Shown: positions 1 through 12,897, numbered from the stretch's first letter. The stretch: 64,000 bases of DNA from Eledone cirrhosa (GCA_964016885.1 CAXHJY010001304.1:35397-99396); one strand, 5' to 3'. Numbers and translations are program-made. Notes: generated by a model from the sequence alone, not told the origin.

Positions 1-675
1 TTAATAAAACTAACATGCCCTGCTATTACCAAGTGGCTGACAAATTAACTTTGAAACAAGTGAGATGATTGTGGTGATTGCAAAACAGATAAAGATTTAT
101 ACATTTCTAATTTCAGACAGAAAAGGAAGCAATCTCAACGTTCTGTTATCAGTAACACAGTTGATCAGGTAGTGATAAATACATGATTTCAGTGAGCTTG
201 TTGTTTTTCAATTTCAAATCAATGCTTAGATGAGTTAATACTATATATAAATGTGTGTGTGTTTAAGAAGTCCACGTCTGTGCGTGGAGAACTAGAGAGA
301 CACACAACACTTAATTTACTGCATACAGTTCTCTGGATGTCATCAAAGGGACAGAATTAGAGTATACAAATGAGCTAAGGAAAAATTGAAAACTATAATG
401 GAAAACAATGCAAATGGAGTATGTCCCTTATATAGGAGGAGCAAATCATGGAATGGAATAAAGAGAATAAGGGAGAAGGTGGATAAAGTCAACTCATGGT
501 ATGACAAAAAAAAACTACTGTGATGTTCATTGATGGTGCACCCTGAGGCAAACTAGAATATAGATTTTCTGAAAGATCAATAAAATTAAGTACCAGTAAA
601 GTACTAGGGTCAATATAATCGACTTTTATCTTTCCTCCAACATTATTGATCTTGTGCATAAATTAGAAATCATTA

Positions 676-860
676 GTAAATTGGCAGTATCGGTAGAGGG
701 TCAGACATGCTTTCTAGCATAGTTACGTCCCTTTACGATCTGAGTTCAAATCCCGCCGAGGTTGACTTTGCCTTTCATCCTTACGAGGTCGATAAAATAA
801 AGTACCAGTAATATACTGGGTAATTGCTGGCCTTGTGCCAAAAAGTAGAAACAATTATAT
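676..860 (+). mobile_element. tRNA-derived SINE (Meta-domain-like core)
   Basis: A-box-like TGGCAGTATCGG and B-box GAGTTCAAATCCC, then core GGTTGACTTTGCCTTTCATCC...GTCGATAAAATAAAGTACCAG and tail GGCCTTGTGCC...AGAAACAATTAT. About 10 related copies occur in the window. A partial copy lies just upstream (about 570-675). Confidence 0.85.
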
Positions 861-2364
861 TATGCCATCATCATCAGCATCATCATCATCATTGGTTTAC
901 ATCCATTTTCCCATGATTGCTTGGGTTATGTGTGTGTGTGTGTGTGTGTACTCATCTTGTTAATTGCTAAAAATAATATGTAGCTTTAATGTGGGAATCT
1001 TCCAAGTATTTAGGATTGATTGCTGAGAAATGTGGAATGTGTGCTTATTTTTAGGACTCTAGGATGTTTAGTTATAATATTTTCATAGTTTTGGAGGTAC
1101 TTTTTATAGTTTAAGTTTATTGTTTGATACTGTTGTTCTGAACAGTTGAATATATTTGTTGGTGTTGTGTAAGAAATAAAACAAATTCAAGCACTGAAAA
1201 ATTAGTAACATTTTCTCACATTACCTAACATGCTACACAAAGATCACTTGTGGATAAACTCATACAGATTAAACTCAGAAACATCTATTTTTTATATAAC
1301 ATAGTTAAGGAATTTGAATTTGTAATAACTGATAATGATTTTACTAACATACTTCTTATAGCATTTCAGTTTCTTGCATATGATAACACACAACATGATA
1401 ACACACATGACATTCAACCTACATTTTATTCTATTTGGTACAAAGATTTTAAAATTAGAAAGATCCAATAATAAGGACAACACAAAGACTTTTTCTTTTT
1501 TGCAGCTACTCCTACAAATATTGGAATGGTTAGTAATTCTATACCAAAGTAGAATTCTTGGTATTTATTTTATCAATCTCTAACGAATGCAGAGCTAAGT
1601 TTATCATCCAGTATTTGAACTCAGAACTATGATGCAGCAAACTAGAACAGCACAACTGCTCAGATTTGTGCTCTCACTTCTGCAAGATAAACTTCAGTCA
1701 AAATACATATACAATTGCCATTTCTGATTTTAGAAATTAAAACAATTTTAAACCAGACAACATTTGATTGGCTGATAAAATTTCATGTTGTTGGTGAAAG
1801 CAGGGATTCCTATTTTAGAGACCTCTAAAAAAACAGACTTCATACTCATCATGGGGTCTTTTATGAGGCAATGATTTACATCTAGATGCCCTTATTGGTG
1901 CCAACTCTCTTAGCTGCCTTTTATGACACGCTAGAATACAGTGTACCTGTTCAAAATAAAATAAAAAGGAAATCATTTTTTAAAAGAATAAAAAAAAAAT
2001 GTTGTAAGCTTGATCTCTGTAAAATAAATATTTCAGAGCAGATTTATATAACATGGAGAATTATTATCTTTTCCCACCAATTTATATTAACAAGCGTATA
2101 TAGATTTCAATTGAGTTAATTTACATATCCTTAAATATTACACTTACAAATATAATTTGCATAATATTACTCACACATTATCCTGACAAAAGGATAATTA
2201 ATTATTGATATGGCAGGTGCTGTTGAATAGAGGCAAACTCTTAAGTTAATGCTCTATTCCATCCATATCATTCTGAATACATTCTTGATATATAGATCAT
2301 GCAGGCAATCAGAGAATTACAATCATTATTTTGTTGTACACTTATTGTCAAATTTATATTACTT

Positions 2365-2560
2365 CATAATTAATTTAGGCACAAGGCAAATTTGGGAGAA
2401 GAGTAAAGTTGATTAAATCAACTCTAGTAGTTTACTGCTACTTTACCAAACCTGGAATGATGAAAGGTGCTGGAATGGAACTCAGAGTATAAAGAGCCAG
2501 GACAAATACTACAATGGCATTTTATCTGATGCTCTACCAATTCTGCCAATCCACCACCAC
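2365..2560 (-). mobile_element. SINE copy (same family)
   Basis: Reverse complement of the same tail, core and head (ttaggcacaaggc...ggaatgatgaaagg...gaactcag...ctctaccaattctgccaat). Confidence 0.75.
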
Positions 2561-3618
2561 TTGATAATTACAAACATTTATATATAATAGCAAAATGAGT
2601 TGATCTATGACAATCCATTCAACCTATGCCAACACAGAAAGTGCATGTAAAACGATGATGATGATTTGCTGGTGTGGTCTTGAATGAGACAGGTTAAACA
2701 TGTGTTTCTTTGCCAGATCTGGATATTAACTCCAGAGATTTTAACATCTAAGAACATTTAAATCAAAATTAAATATTTATTTTTACACAAACTTATTTAA
2801 ATTCATTTTCTTTATGATATTATAGATAATCTTTTCTATCTGTCCATTTCTAGATACATTACACATTTTGCCAACAAAATCTCACTAAAGAAAGCCCATG
2901 GTTATTTTATTAAATGTTTCTCAGATTTACTTCTTCCATTACCTTGCTAACAGATCTACCGTCATTTGTGCATTTTTATGCTACCCTGCTAACAAAGCAT
3001 CTTTCTTTTATCTATGTCAATAGCAATATTTTGTTTGTATTAATAGCAGAGATTATATCTTAGTTCAATTGTAATGTTTTCAAAAGAACCATTGCACAGA
3101 TATAAATGATTAGTTTATTTGTAAAGACAGTGTTTCTTGTCTAGAAACTTTAAATTTGAATCAGTTTTCCTATTTAGAAAGTGCATTGATGATATTTCAT
3201 AAACAAACATTTCTTTCTTTTGTTTATCATATGTTATATCAGCACAATAATGTATCTGGATGTATTATGTATAAATGATGACAAAATGAATTAAGTGACA
3301 ATGGTATATTGCAAAACAGGTTGGGAATTCTATTGATTTAATGCTGAAAATAAATTAATAGAAGATAAGTTTTACAATCCAATACCATTATTAATTCTAG
3401 CCAGTCAAGCTTTTTTTGCTCAGGAAGTGTGCTTGTGGCTCTATGTATGTTTGGTTTTCCTCTTTACTTTAGTAAAGTAAATGGTTTATAAAAGATGTTA
3501 CCCATGTATATAAGTTGTCTCAAGTTCATTAAAAGAAAAATAGATGCCAAGGAATTTGAATTTAAGTCATATGTAGTTTGCTCATCAGTTTTTATTCTTT
3601 TTCATATTTAGTTCAAAG

Positions 3619-4414
3619 AAGAATAAAGCCAAAAGGGGAATTAATAATTACTGAAAGGGTGAACATTTTTGGAGATTGAGCAAAAAAAAAAAAAAAAAGG
3701 CCAATAACAAAAATTCCTCATGAGACATAATTCTTCATCTCTCAAGATTTTAAACAGTTGAAAGATGATCCTGTATCCTTTACAGATTTTCTTAGACTAC
3801 TGAGGTTTATGTTCCGTTTGAACATAGAAGAGGAATTTCTGGAGAGTTACAACTTTAAGGAGGTTTTGAGTGAAGTATTTAGTACAGAGTCTGAAAAGTG
3901 AGTCATAGTAAAGATAATGAAACAAAAATAAATAGATATATTGATTGATTCAGATGTCTGAAGATTTGAAATTACTTCTGTAGTTTCATATAATTATCAA
4001 CAAAGATACTAAAAGAAGTTAAATATCTTTGTCTTGTTGACCCAAATGAAGCTGTTGTATGGCTTATTCAGTTTAAGGCAACAATTAATATATTAAAGAC
4101 TTCTAAGGTTCCTCGGGTTTCTCAAAATATGTCTACTATAGAATTATTCCTCTCAAAATGTAGAATTGAAGCAGTCATAAAACATCTAGGTAAGCTGTTT
4201 CCTAAAACACTTAATGAAACTTCATGTGAGGAAATAATAGAAAACATCAACTCAAGAATAAAGCCAAAAGGGGAATTAATAATTACTGAAAGGGTGAACA
4301 TTTTTGGAGATTGAGCAAAAAAAAAAAAAAAAAAAAAAAAAAGACCAATAACAAATTTCCTCATGAGATATAATTCTTCATCTCTCAAGATTTTAAACAG
4401 TTGAAAGATGATCC
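3619..4414 (+). repeat. Dispersed direct duplication of about 155 bp (3619-3771 and 4254-4414)
   Basis: Near-identical aagaataaagccaaaagggg...gaaagatgatcc segments, both with an internal poly(A), separated by about 480 bp. Confidence 0.9.
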
Positions 4415-4600
4415 ACAGTAAGAGTTAATTAAGTTGGTATACTTAGCTGGCATGAACTCTATAGACAACTAACTCAAATTACTTGAGAATCTTAGAGTAA
4501 ACCTAGATGCCACTGTCTTACTTAGTCTTTCTGAATTTATCCACATCCAACTACTCATTGCAAGCAGTAAAAAGTGCAATTTATATTCCAATTTTCCAAG
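4030..4600 (+). mobile_element. Ty3/Gypsy gag remnant, 5' part
   Basis: Translation LFLSKC...PKTLNETSCEEIIENINSRIKPKGELIITERVN, then (frameshift) FLEIEQ..PITNFLMR. This resembles the Gypsy capsid motif P-x-x-x-LVIAER-x-x-F-x-x-x-x-Q. Frameshifted. Confidence 0.6.
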
Positions 4601-4664
4601 TTTCCAACAACAAAAATGACAAAAATAACAAAAAACTGTAATACTCTTGTGCTAGTAAAAATGA

Positions 4665-5175
4665 TATCTAATTTAGGCATAAGACTAGGGAAAGTTGATT
4701 ATATCAAACCCAGTACTTTACTGGTATTTGATTTTATCGATTTCTAATAATGATAATAATAATAATTGTTTCTACTTTTGGCACAAGGCCAGAAATTACC
4801 CCAGTGCATTACTGGTGCTTTATTTTATCGACCCCGTAAGGATGAAAGACAAAGTTAACCTCGGCGGGATTTGAACTCAGAACGCAAAGGGCCATAACTC
4901 TATGCTGCAAAGCATGGTATCTGACGCTCTATCAATTCTGCCAAATAATAATAATGGTTTCTGATTTAGGCACAAGGCCAGCAATTATGGGGGAGGGGAA
5001 AGTCAATTAAAATGACCCCAGAAGGTGACTGGTACTTTTTTTTATTGACCCCCATAAGGATGAAAGGCAAAGCTAAGCTTGACAGGATTTGAACTAAAAA
5101 CGTAAAGGGCCATAACTCTATGCTGCAAAACATGGCGTCCAAACGCTCTACCGATACTGCCAATCCATTGCCTTA
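4665..5175 (-). mobile_element. Three tandem SINE copies (about 4665-4745 partial, 4763-4945, 4955-5175) joined by (AAT)n
   Basis: Repeated ggcacaaggcc...ggatgaaag.caaag...gatttgaact...ctgcca units separated by short (AAT)n runs. Confidence 0.85.
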
Positions 5176-5193
5176 TAATAATAATAATAATAA

Positions 5194-6234
5194 TGGAACT
5201 CCATTCTCTGCCCCAAATGCAAACAATGGGTACACAAGAGATGTAGCGGGATCTCAGGAAGCTTAATTAAGAATGTAGGCTTCACATGCAGCAGCTGTGC
5301 TGGGACAGCAAGCAGCAAACAGCCACAGGAAACAAGTACCACCAATATCTGGGAGGGCTCTGTAGAAACAGTAGACAGCTTCTGCTACCTAGGTGACCGA
5401 ATTAGCAGCGGAGGTGGGTGTTCAGAAAGTACAATAACTAGGGTAAGAACGGGATGGAAGAAGTTTAGGGAACTACTACCACTGCTAGCTGCAAAAGGCT
5501 TCTCCCTCAAAATGAAAGGCAGACTGTATGATGCGTGCATACGAACAGCAATGTTGCATGGTAGTGAGACCTGGGCACTGAAGGTGGAAGACTTACATAG
5601 ATTAGAGAGAAACGAAGCCTGCATGCTCTGATGGATGTGTAACAGTAACAACAAAGCATAAATGAATTGAGAGAGAGACTGAGCATAAGAGGAATCAAAT
5701 GCTGTGTGCAGGAGAGGCGGTTGCACTGGTATGGACATGTGATGCGTATGAAGGATGACAGCTGCATAAAAAGGTGCAGAGCACTAGAAGTCGATGGAAA
5801 CCGCGGAGTGGGGAGACCCAAGATGACCTGGGATGAGGTGATAAAAGCCGACCTTACCCAATTACACCTCTCAAAGGCGATGACACACGACCGTGACCTC
5901 TGGCGTCACGCAGTAATACAGAGTACCCGACCTCCCATGGGTACAAGCTGAAGCATATAGACAATATGCCCCCATGCCCCCCACTGCAAGGTGGTCATGG
6001 AGGTGCCACGGCAAAAAAGCACCCAGCCCACACTGTAAAGTGGACGTGTAGGCGCCACGAAAAAGCACCCAGCACTCACTGTAAATGAGGTTGGTGTTAG
6101 GAAGAGCATCCAGCTGTAGAAATCAAGCCAAATCAGTTCCTGTATTAGCAAGGCATGGTCAGCCGACCAGACACTGCCCACAACAGGACAACCCGTCTAA
6201 CCTATGCTAGCGTGGAAGAACGGACGTAAAACGG

Positions 6235-6236
<2 letters not shown>
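5194..6236 (+). mobile_element. 5'-truncated RTE-clade LINE (3' part of ORF plus 3' UTR)
   Basis: NSILCPKCKQWVHKRCSG, ETVDSFCYLGD, KGRLYDACIRTAMLHGSETW, RRLHWYGHVMR, RGVGRPKMTW motifs; 3' tail CTAACCTATGCTAGCGTGGAAGAACGGACGTAAAACGGTGA. Confidence 0.85.

Positions 6237-6305
<69 letters not shown>
6237..6305. repeat. (AAT)23 microsatellite
   Basis: Direct count; abuts the 3' end of the Tx1 element. Confidence 0.98.
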
Positions 6306-6306
<1 letters not shown>

Positions 6307-6583
6307 CTTTCTTTATTAACCACAAGGGTTTACATAAAGTAGACATTAAGGACAGTACAGGACAATACAGGACGGAACAAATGGGCATTTCTGCGTGTAA
6401 AAAAAACAGAGGATGTAATAAAAATAACAATGAAAAATTCCCCAATAGGGGGGAGACTTCCGAAGGACATTTGTGGAGAAAGCCCATTAAAAGGCCACAG
6501 TGACCCTGACCACCAGGGCAAGTGCCCTCTACCAGTTTTCCACCTTTAATTTAAAGACACATACTCAGAGTAGGCCCATTCAC

Positions 6584-9500
6584 TCAGGCCATACTTGCTT
6601 CTCTCACCCATCTTTCAACAAAATGCTGGGAAGAGAGCACTTCCCTCTCTACCCTGATTTTCCTTTTCAAATGAAATTTGAAAAAGTTAATCAGGGCATC
6701 ACCGAAGAGGTAAGTGCTCGTCTTCAGCCCTTTCAAACGTGTCCACCATATTATCTCTTTCGCCATGGCCACCAGACAGATAAAAACTGCCTGCCCTTCC
6801 CGGCTAAAAGAAGAGGGCGGGGCAATCCTCACGATGGACTCAGCTGATAACTGGATCCGTCCTACACGTGACAGCAGGTGTTCGACATAAACCCACAAGT
6901 CAGCAATGCTCGGACACTGAACAAGTGCGTGCAGAACGGTTTCGTCACCCTGCACACATCTCGGACATGCCCGGCTGACGGCACCTCCATGCCTGTAGAG
7001 TTTATCCCGAACTGGCAAAGCTCCTCGGTAGCACTGCCAGGCCAGGGATTTCTGGAAGTTGTCCATAGGCCCCGGCCCGAAAGTCGTTCCGAAGAGATTG
7101 GCTAGTTGATTTTCGTCGACGCCTAGAGTTTCTCCAAGTACGTCGTCGCTCTTCCCCTCCACTAATCCTCTATAGAACGCCAAGGTGAAGTTTCCACCGA
7201 TCACATTGCCCGATTGGTCGAGGGCTATGAGCGCCTGAAAACATTCCAGTCGCCAAGCGCTCCCTCTCGGTCTTCGCTTGACCCAGGACTGCAGCTCCGT
7301 CAAGGAGATGAGCTGGGGAAAGACGTGTCTAGCAAACGGCGACCACACCTGATCACCGTCGAGGAAGAGGTGGAGATGTCATAGCCTGAGCGCGTGTCTG
7401 CGCATCATCAGTCACGGCATGCCCAGCCCTCCACGTAGCGGGTGTTGACAGCAGATGGACAGCCTGACCATCGGAGTGCGTCCCTTCCACAAAAAGCGAA
7501 AGAGTAAGCGCAGTCAGGCGGAGCTTAGGACAAGGTACGACGGTCAGGCAGTAGTAGATGACGGACACGATGTACGTGTTGGCCACCTCCGCTCGACCTT
7601 TCAGGGATAGCTTCCTCTCCGCCCATTTCTGGGTGAGAGAAGCCACCCTGCTCGTCACCTCGTCCCAGTTTTTGTCCATCTGGAGGTCCGGACCGAACCA
7701 GACCCCTAGCAATTTAACCGGTCCGTCCATCCAGCGCCCGACGACGCTGTTGGACGGCATGGACCTGCCTCTCCAGGTGCCGAGCTGCAGGCCCACTGAC
7801 TTTTCCTGGATGATCATTGCTCCTGTCACCACTTCGTATTCTCTTAATGTAGTGCCGATCGCCTCAATGTATTTGGCGTTCGACACCACTACGGTGACAT
7901 CGTCCGCATATGCTGACATGGATCTTCCGCATCCTAGTTCGCGCGGGACCCCCCTCAATGTCTCCAGTTTGTGCAGTAATGACTCGAGAGTCAATACGTA
8001 CAAGAGGGACGAGAGGGGACATTCTTTATGGACCGAGCGCAAGATGTTGAATGGTTCCAAAAGGTGACCGTTCACTCTCATCACAGAGCAGATGTCGCTG
8101 TGCATGGCAGCGATCCAGCCTCTGAAGACGGGCCCAAAGCCAGCCGCCCTCAGAACTGCCGCTAGGTAACGATGGTCGACCCTATCGAAAGCTTTCGACT
8201 GATCTAAATTGATCAAGGACCCACCCGTACCAGGTTCCCTAGCTACCCTCTCTACGATGTATCGCATGAGGTGGAGGTTGTCATGGATGGATCTGTCGGG
8301 AATGGCGCACGTCTGCGCTTCTCCCACCAGACCACCAACGACAAGCGCCAACCTCTTTACTAGCACCTTGGCCAAAATCTTGAACTCTGTGTTTAGCAGA
8401 GTTATGGGTCTGAAATTATCTATGTTATCCCCCTTGTTCGGATCCTTTCTCAGCAGCGCCACAGCTCTTCGGCTCACAGAGCTGGGAATTATCCAACTCT
8501 GTTGCCAGTTGCAGTAGACGTCCGCCAAGAGGCCTCCGAACAAGTCTGGCATCTGTACATAAAGTTCATAGGTTAGACCATCCAAACCAGGCGATTTACC
8601 CCTTGTGCAGCCAGTCATTGCCTCCCGTACTTCAGAGGCGGTTATCGGTTTTTCGCAATACTCCGCCTCAGTGGCCGAGAACCGCGGCAGTCCATCGAGG
8701 TAGACACTAAAGTCCATCCCTCGATCCGGCCCGCCGCTGCCACCGAACAGCTGTGCGAAGTGTCGCTGGAAAGCTTCACACATTTGCCCCGGATCGAGTA
8801 GCATGCGCCCATCATGGTCCACCAAAGACCGGATCGTGGCTTTGTTGCCACGATGCGCCTCCGCCACTCTGGCCCATTGAACGGCTTTCGTCCCCTCATG
8901 TCTGAGAGCACGCACCCTAGCTCTGACAACGCAGCCTTCGTGCTTTGCATTGAAGAATTGGTCAAGGGCCAATTTTGCCGCAAGTACATCGGTCGCGATG
9001 CCTTTGCTAAGCGCCTCGTCTAATTTCCTAACTAGTTCTCCCTCTGCTCTATTTTTCTCTATAGCTAAAGCCTTACTAAACCTAATAGACTCTATTCTAA
9101 TCGCTCTTTTCAGAGCAAACCACCACTTGTTGTTGACGATGGCCCCCGTCAATGCCCGCTTAACTAGTTCGCTAATCCAGTCTCTGTAGACCTTGCGCGC
9201 TGGTAAGGACGCATTTAGCTTCCAGTAGCCGAGTCCTCGTCTATGAAGGCTATCTAAGTCAAGCACACAGTTCACGAATTTGTGGTCCGTGTAGCTGACT
9301 ATCTTGAATTGTGGACAGCATATGCTAGACCTATCTATTTCCCTACAAAATACTCTATCTAGATATGATCTGGATGACCCTATGGGATTTGACCAAGTCC
9401 ACATTGGCACATTCGGGAAATCCGATCGGTACCTGTCAGACAGTTCAAAACGCCTGAGCAGGTTGGTGAGGCTTCTTGCACCCTCCTCCCCTATCCGCTA

Positions 9501-9962
9501 ATCCCACACAGTCCCAGTGTGCATCTAAGATCCCGTTCCAGTCGCCCACTAACACTAAAGAACGGGACGTTCCAAGAAAGGTCTCCAGACGCCGGAAGAA
9601 ATCAGGCCGTCCTGCTCCTGTCGGGGCATAGACGGCCACTAGCCTGAAAGCTTGCCCGTCTCTGCTGGTCACGTCCAGCACCACCAACTTACCTTCTGGA
9701 TCCAGGAAGATGGCCCGTATGGCGAGATCCAAACCCCTCCGAAAAAGCACAGCAACTCCTCCCCCCAATCCAGGGCGGCTGGGAGATGCGTATACATCGT
9801 AGCCGCCGAAGATCGGTACGAAGGCCCATGCTTCGGAGATTCTGGTCTCACTGATGGCCACTACATCTATGTTTAGTGACCTGAGGCCGTTGAGCAGTGG
9901 CCCTGCTTCCATGACGACCCCAAGCCACGGGCATTTATGCTGCCTATTCTGAGTGAGGTCAT
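6584..9962 (-). pseudogene. Tx1 ORF2 (APE endonuclease + RT + zf-RVT), frameshifted
   Basis: MTSLRIGSINARGL, ISETR, VYAP, VGDWN, TDH (APE); KSPGLDG, NFRPITLLN, DQSKAFDRVDH, YADD (RT); CPRC..DETVLHALVQC (zinc finger). Split over ORFs 9445-9912, 7353-9410 and 6584-7348. Confidence 0.92.
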
Positions 9963-10001
9963 GTTGAAATGGAGTTTAAAAGATGGGAAAGACCACTTAC
10001 C

Positions 10002-11458
10002 TTACTTCTCGTAGAGGAAGAATGGTTTCTCCATTCTTTTCACTGCTTGTGGCCTCCTCCAGAAGGATGTCCTTATAAATCCTCCTGGAGAGTGTTTGTC
10101 GGAAGTCTTCGATGTCTTTGGGGAATTTTTATTTTTGTTGTGGTGTACGTTTTCTGTGTGATGCGAGTGATTTGTATGTGTGGAGGTGGTATGAACTTTT
10201 GGGTTGTTGTGTAGTCTTTTTCTGTGATGCTGGTGTTGTGTTGGATGTAGTGTAATAATTGGTTGTTGTTCAAATTTAATGCTGTGTAGTGTGTATCGTT
10301 TTGGTTGTTTTGTTTTGTTTGTGTTTGTTGTGGGTTTGTTTCTGTTTCGCTTTTTGGTGACTTTTGTGGTGTTGGTGATGGTGGTGTTGGGGTTAATGAT
10401 GGTGATGGTGTTGGTGTTTGTGGTGATGGGGTTGGTGATGCTGGTGATGGGGTTGGATGGTGGCATATCTGTCCTAACTTTTTTGTTTGATAGTTTATTT
10501 GTTTCCCTCTGTATTTTGTTTTTGGAGGGGGAGGGAAGAGAATTTTTTCTTTTTTGGTTTCTTTTTTTCTTTTTTCTTAATACCGTTTCCCACTCCTCGT
10601 AGTCACAATCTGTCTCCAGTTGTGATAGGCTGGGGAGTGGAAAATCCTCCACAGGCGTTGGTTTTGGTTGTGGCGTGGTGGATGGTGTAGGCGCTGGTGC
10701 TAGTTATGGCGCGTTGGGTGGTGGTGTGAAGTCGTCACTTCTTAATGGGGCCATGGAGTGTTCTCTGGCCCCTGTGGTGTTTCAAAGAACACGTCCACGG
10801 TTCCATATTTCTGCCCACGTCTGATATGAGGTTTTTTTGCCCACACATGTCCCAAAGCTTTTTGGATTTGGGACTCGGATGCCCATTCCACTCGGCGCGA
10901 TTTTATGTTAATCGTCCGATAAGACACGATGCATAGGCGCCAATGCTCCATTTTATTAGGTGGGTGGGGGGTGAGACTGACTCTGTACTCAGCTTTCTTT
11001 ACCATTTTTTTGGCTTCTTCTAATTCCTCCCGAGTTACCTGGAATGCTTCACACTGTTTTGCTACTCTGGCAAAACTCAGGGTGGTTTTCTTAATTTCAA
11101 TGTTGCTGTTGTTGTTATCGTTATTTTTGTTAGTGTTAATTTTAGTTTCAGTTGTGGTGGTGGTGGTGGCGTCAGTGGTGTTCGGTGTGGAAGAGTTCAT
11201 TTTGGTTGAATTCATTTCGATATCACGAGTTAATTTATTTTTTTCTTTTGTTTCTGTTTTCGCTGTGGTGGTGGGGGGGGGGGGGGCTTTAACACCTGCA
11301 GTCATTGGTAATGGCGGGAAATGAATGTCTGCCTGAAACAAATTTAAAATATTGCTACTGCTTATATTTTTAGTGTTGGCAAACGTAGTAATATTTACAA
11401 TGGTGGTGTCGGTGTGAGGTGTTAGTTTGTGAGGAAAGTGTAACTCTGAGTTGTCCAT
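10002..11458 (-). pseudogene. Tx1 ORF1 (broken, Thr/Asn/Lys-rich, probably internally deleted)
   Basis: Lies upstream of ORF2; has an SFARVAK motif and low-complexity linkers. No zinc knuckle seen. Confidence 0.6.
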
Positions 11459-11673
11459 GATTTTTCAAAGAAAAATCTTTGTTTGATAATTATAAAAGTT
11501 TAAAATTTTGGGCTCAAGGCCCCAATCTTTTTGAGTGTCCTTTTCAGAAAACAATGTATGTGCACTTATATACAGTTAACAATAAAAATTTTCCATAAAT
11601 GGCAATTTTAAACAACTGAAAATAACAAACCTTTGCGGAGCTCACGATAATACAATTTACTACGTAGGTCGCC

Positions 11674-11751
<78 letters not shown>

Positions 11752-11757
11752 AAGAAG
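11674..11757. repeat. (AAT)16(AAG)12 compound microsatellite
   Basis: Direct count; abuts the 5' end of the Tx1 element. Confidence 0.98.
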
Positions 11758-12736
11758 GGAAGAAGACGCACGAGGTGGTAGAAGGTCATGAAATCGCTCC
11801 CGTAAGTTTTTGATTTTTAACATATTTAAATCAATTGTGAAATAACAATTCTTAGTACAAATGGTGTATAAATGAGGTCCCATAAAGTTTCGGATCCATA
11901 TTATATTGTTGTATCGCTCAAATATTCAACTTTGTATTATATATTTTGTATTAAAAAAAAGAAAATGGTTATAAATGGAAGAAAACACCCTCTGTCTACA
12001 CTATATAGAACAGCCAAATAACAGCAATTTCACCAACACCAGAAACTTGATACACCACCTATCCCATCACACTAAATATAACAGCCAGATAACGGCAATT
12101 TCACCACCACCACCATCAATCCCAGCATCATAATAATAATTACTATTATTATTGTCTCAAATTTTAACAAAATGTTTAATTCCAATTTTACGGGAATATG
12201 TCAACACAATATATATTAAACATACGAACACAAACTCATAGATACTACATATCAGTAACCACAACGCCACCGCTGCCACCACCCCACCCCATCCATCATT
12301 GCTACCACTATCCCATCGCCGCCGCCACCACTCCTTCATTGTTACCACCACTATTCCCCTGTTAACTTGAGAGAGAAAGGGGAAGGTGGCGGTATCACTA
12401 GACAAGGGAGAGGCTAGCAAAAGATATAAATAGATTGACTTAGTGACCTGGCCACCGGCCAAACGTCAACATCAACAACTATGGGACTACTGGCTCACCC
12501 CTTCCTCACCAACAATATAAAAAGCCCCGGCACCACCACCGACATAGCCAACAACAATAACAGGCAACTACTGCAAAAAGTATATTATATTATTGTAATG
12601 CACTGGGTGATTGCTGGCCTTGTGCCTGGAGTGGAGACAATTATTAATAATTTCATTCTTAAGCCACGCAATGCTCACATTAAGGAACCACTCATGATAA
12701 TAACAATTTAAAAAAACAACAAAAAGAAAACCCCGT

Positions 12737-12840
12737 GACCAAGAAATACCGGGATGGCGGCCGGCGGGGAATAGCCGTGTCTCTAGGGGAGAACGACCCC
12801 TCTAGTCTTGGTTGACACTCGTTCTAGAAGTGGTAACACG
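12737..12840 (+). ncRNA. Candidate HDV-like self-cleaving ribozyme at the 5' end of the R4/Dong element
   Basis: Manual fold: P1 GACCAA/UUGGUU with G1-U wobble, P3 GAC/GUC, L3 CCCUCUA, P2 AGAAC/GUUCU. J4/2 is non-canonical. Confidence 0.4.
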
Positions 12841-12897
12841 AAATGATTACCCCTTGGCGGATAAGGATAAAACGCGACAAAATAAAGTAAATGTCTA

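Larger units (their letters stand above)
6306..11673 (-). mobile_element. Full-length L1/Tx1-clade non-LTR retrotransposon (degraded)
   Basis: ORF1 remnants, APE endonuclease, RT and C-terminal zinc finger in the expected order. AATAAA lies 6 nt before the 3' end. Both ends abut (AAT)n arrays. Confidence 0.92.

Noticed and set aside
676-780. Possible tRNA genes at A/B-box motifs
   Set aside because: No cloverleaf; they are heads of a dispersed SINE family.
3619-4414. Direct repeats as LTRs of a small LTR element
   Set aside because: No TG...CA ends, PBS or PPT, and the repeat is part of gag coding sequence.
6197-6503. Poly-Asn/poly-Leu ORFs (also 11544-11883, 25738-26054, 28590-28997)
   Set aside because: These are translations of (AAT)n, (AAG)n and (CA)n microsatellites.
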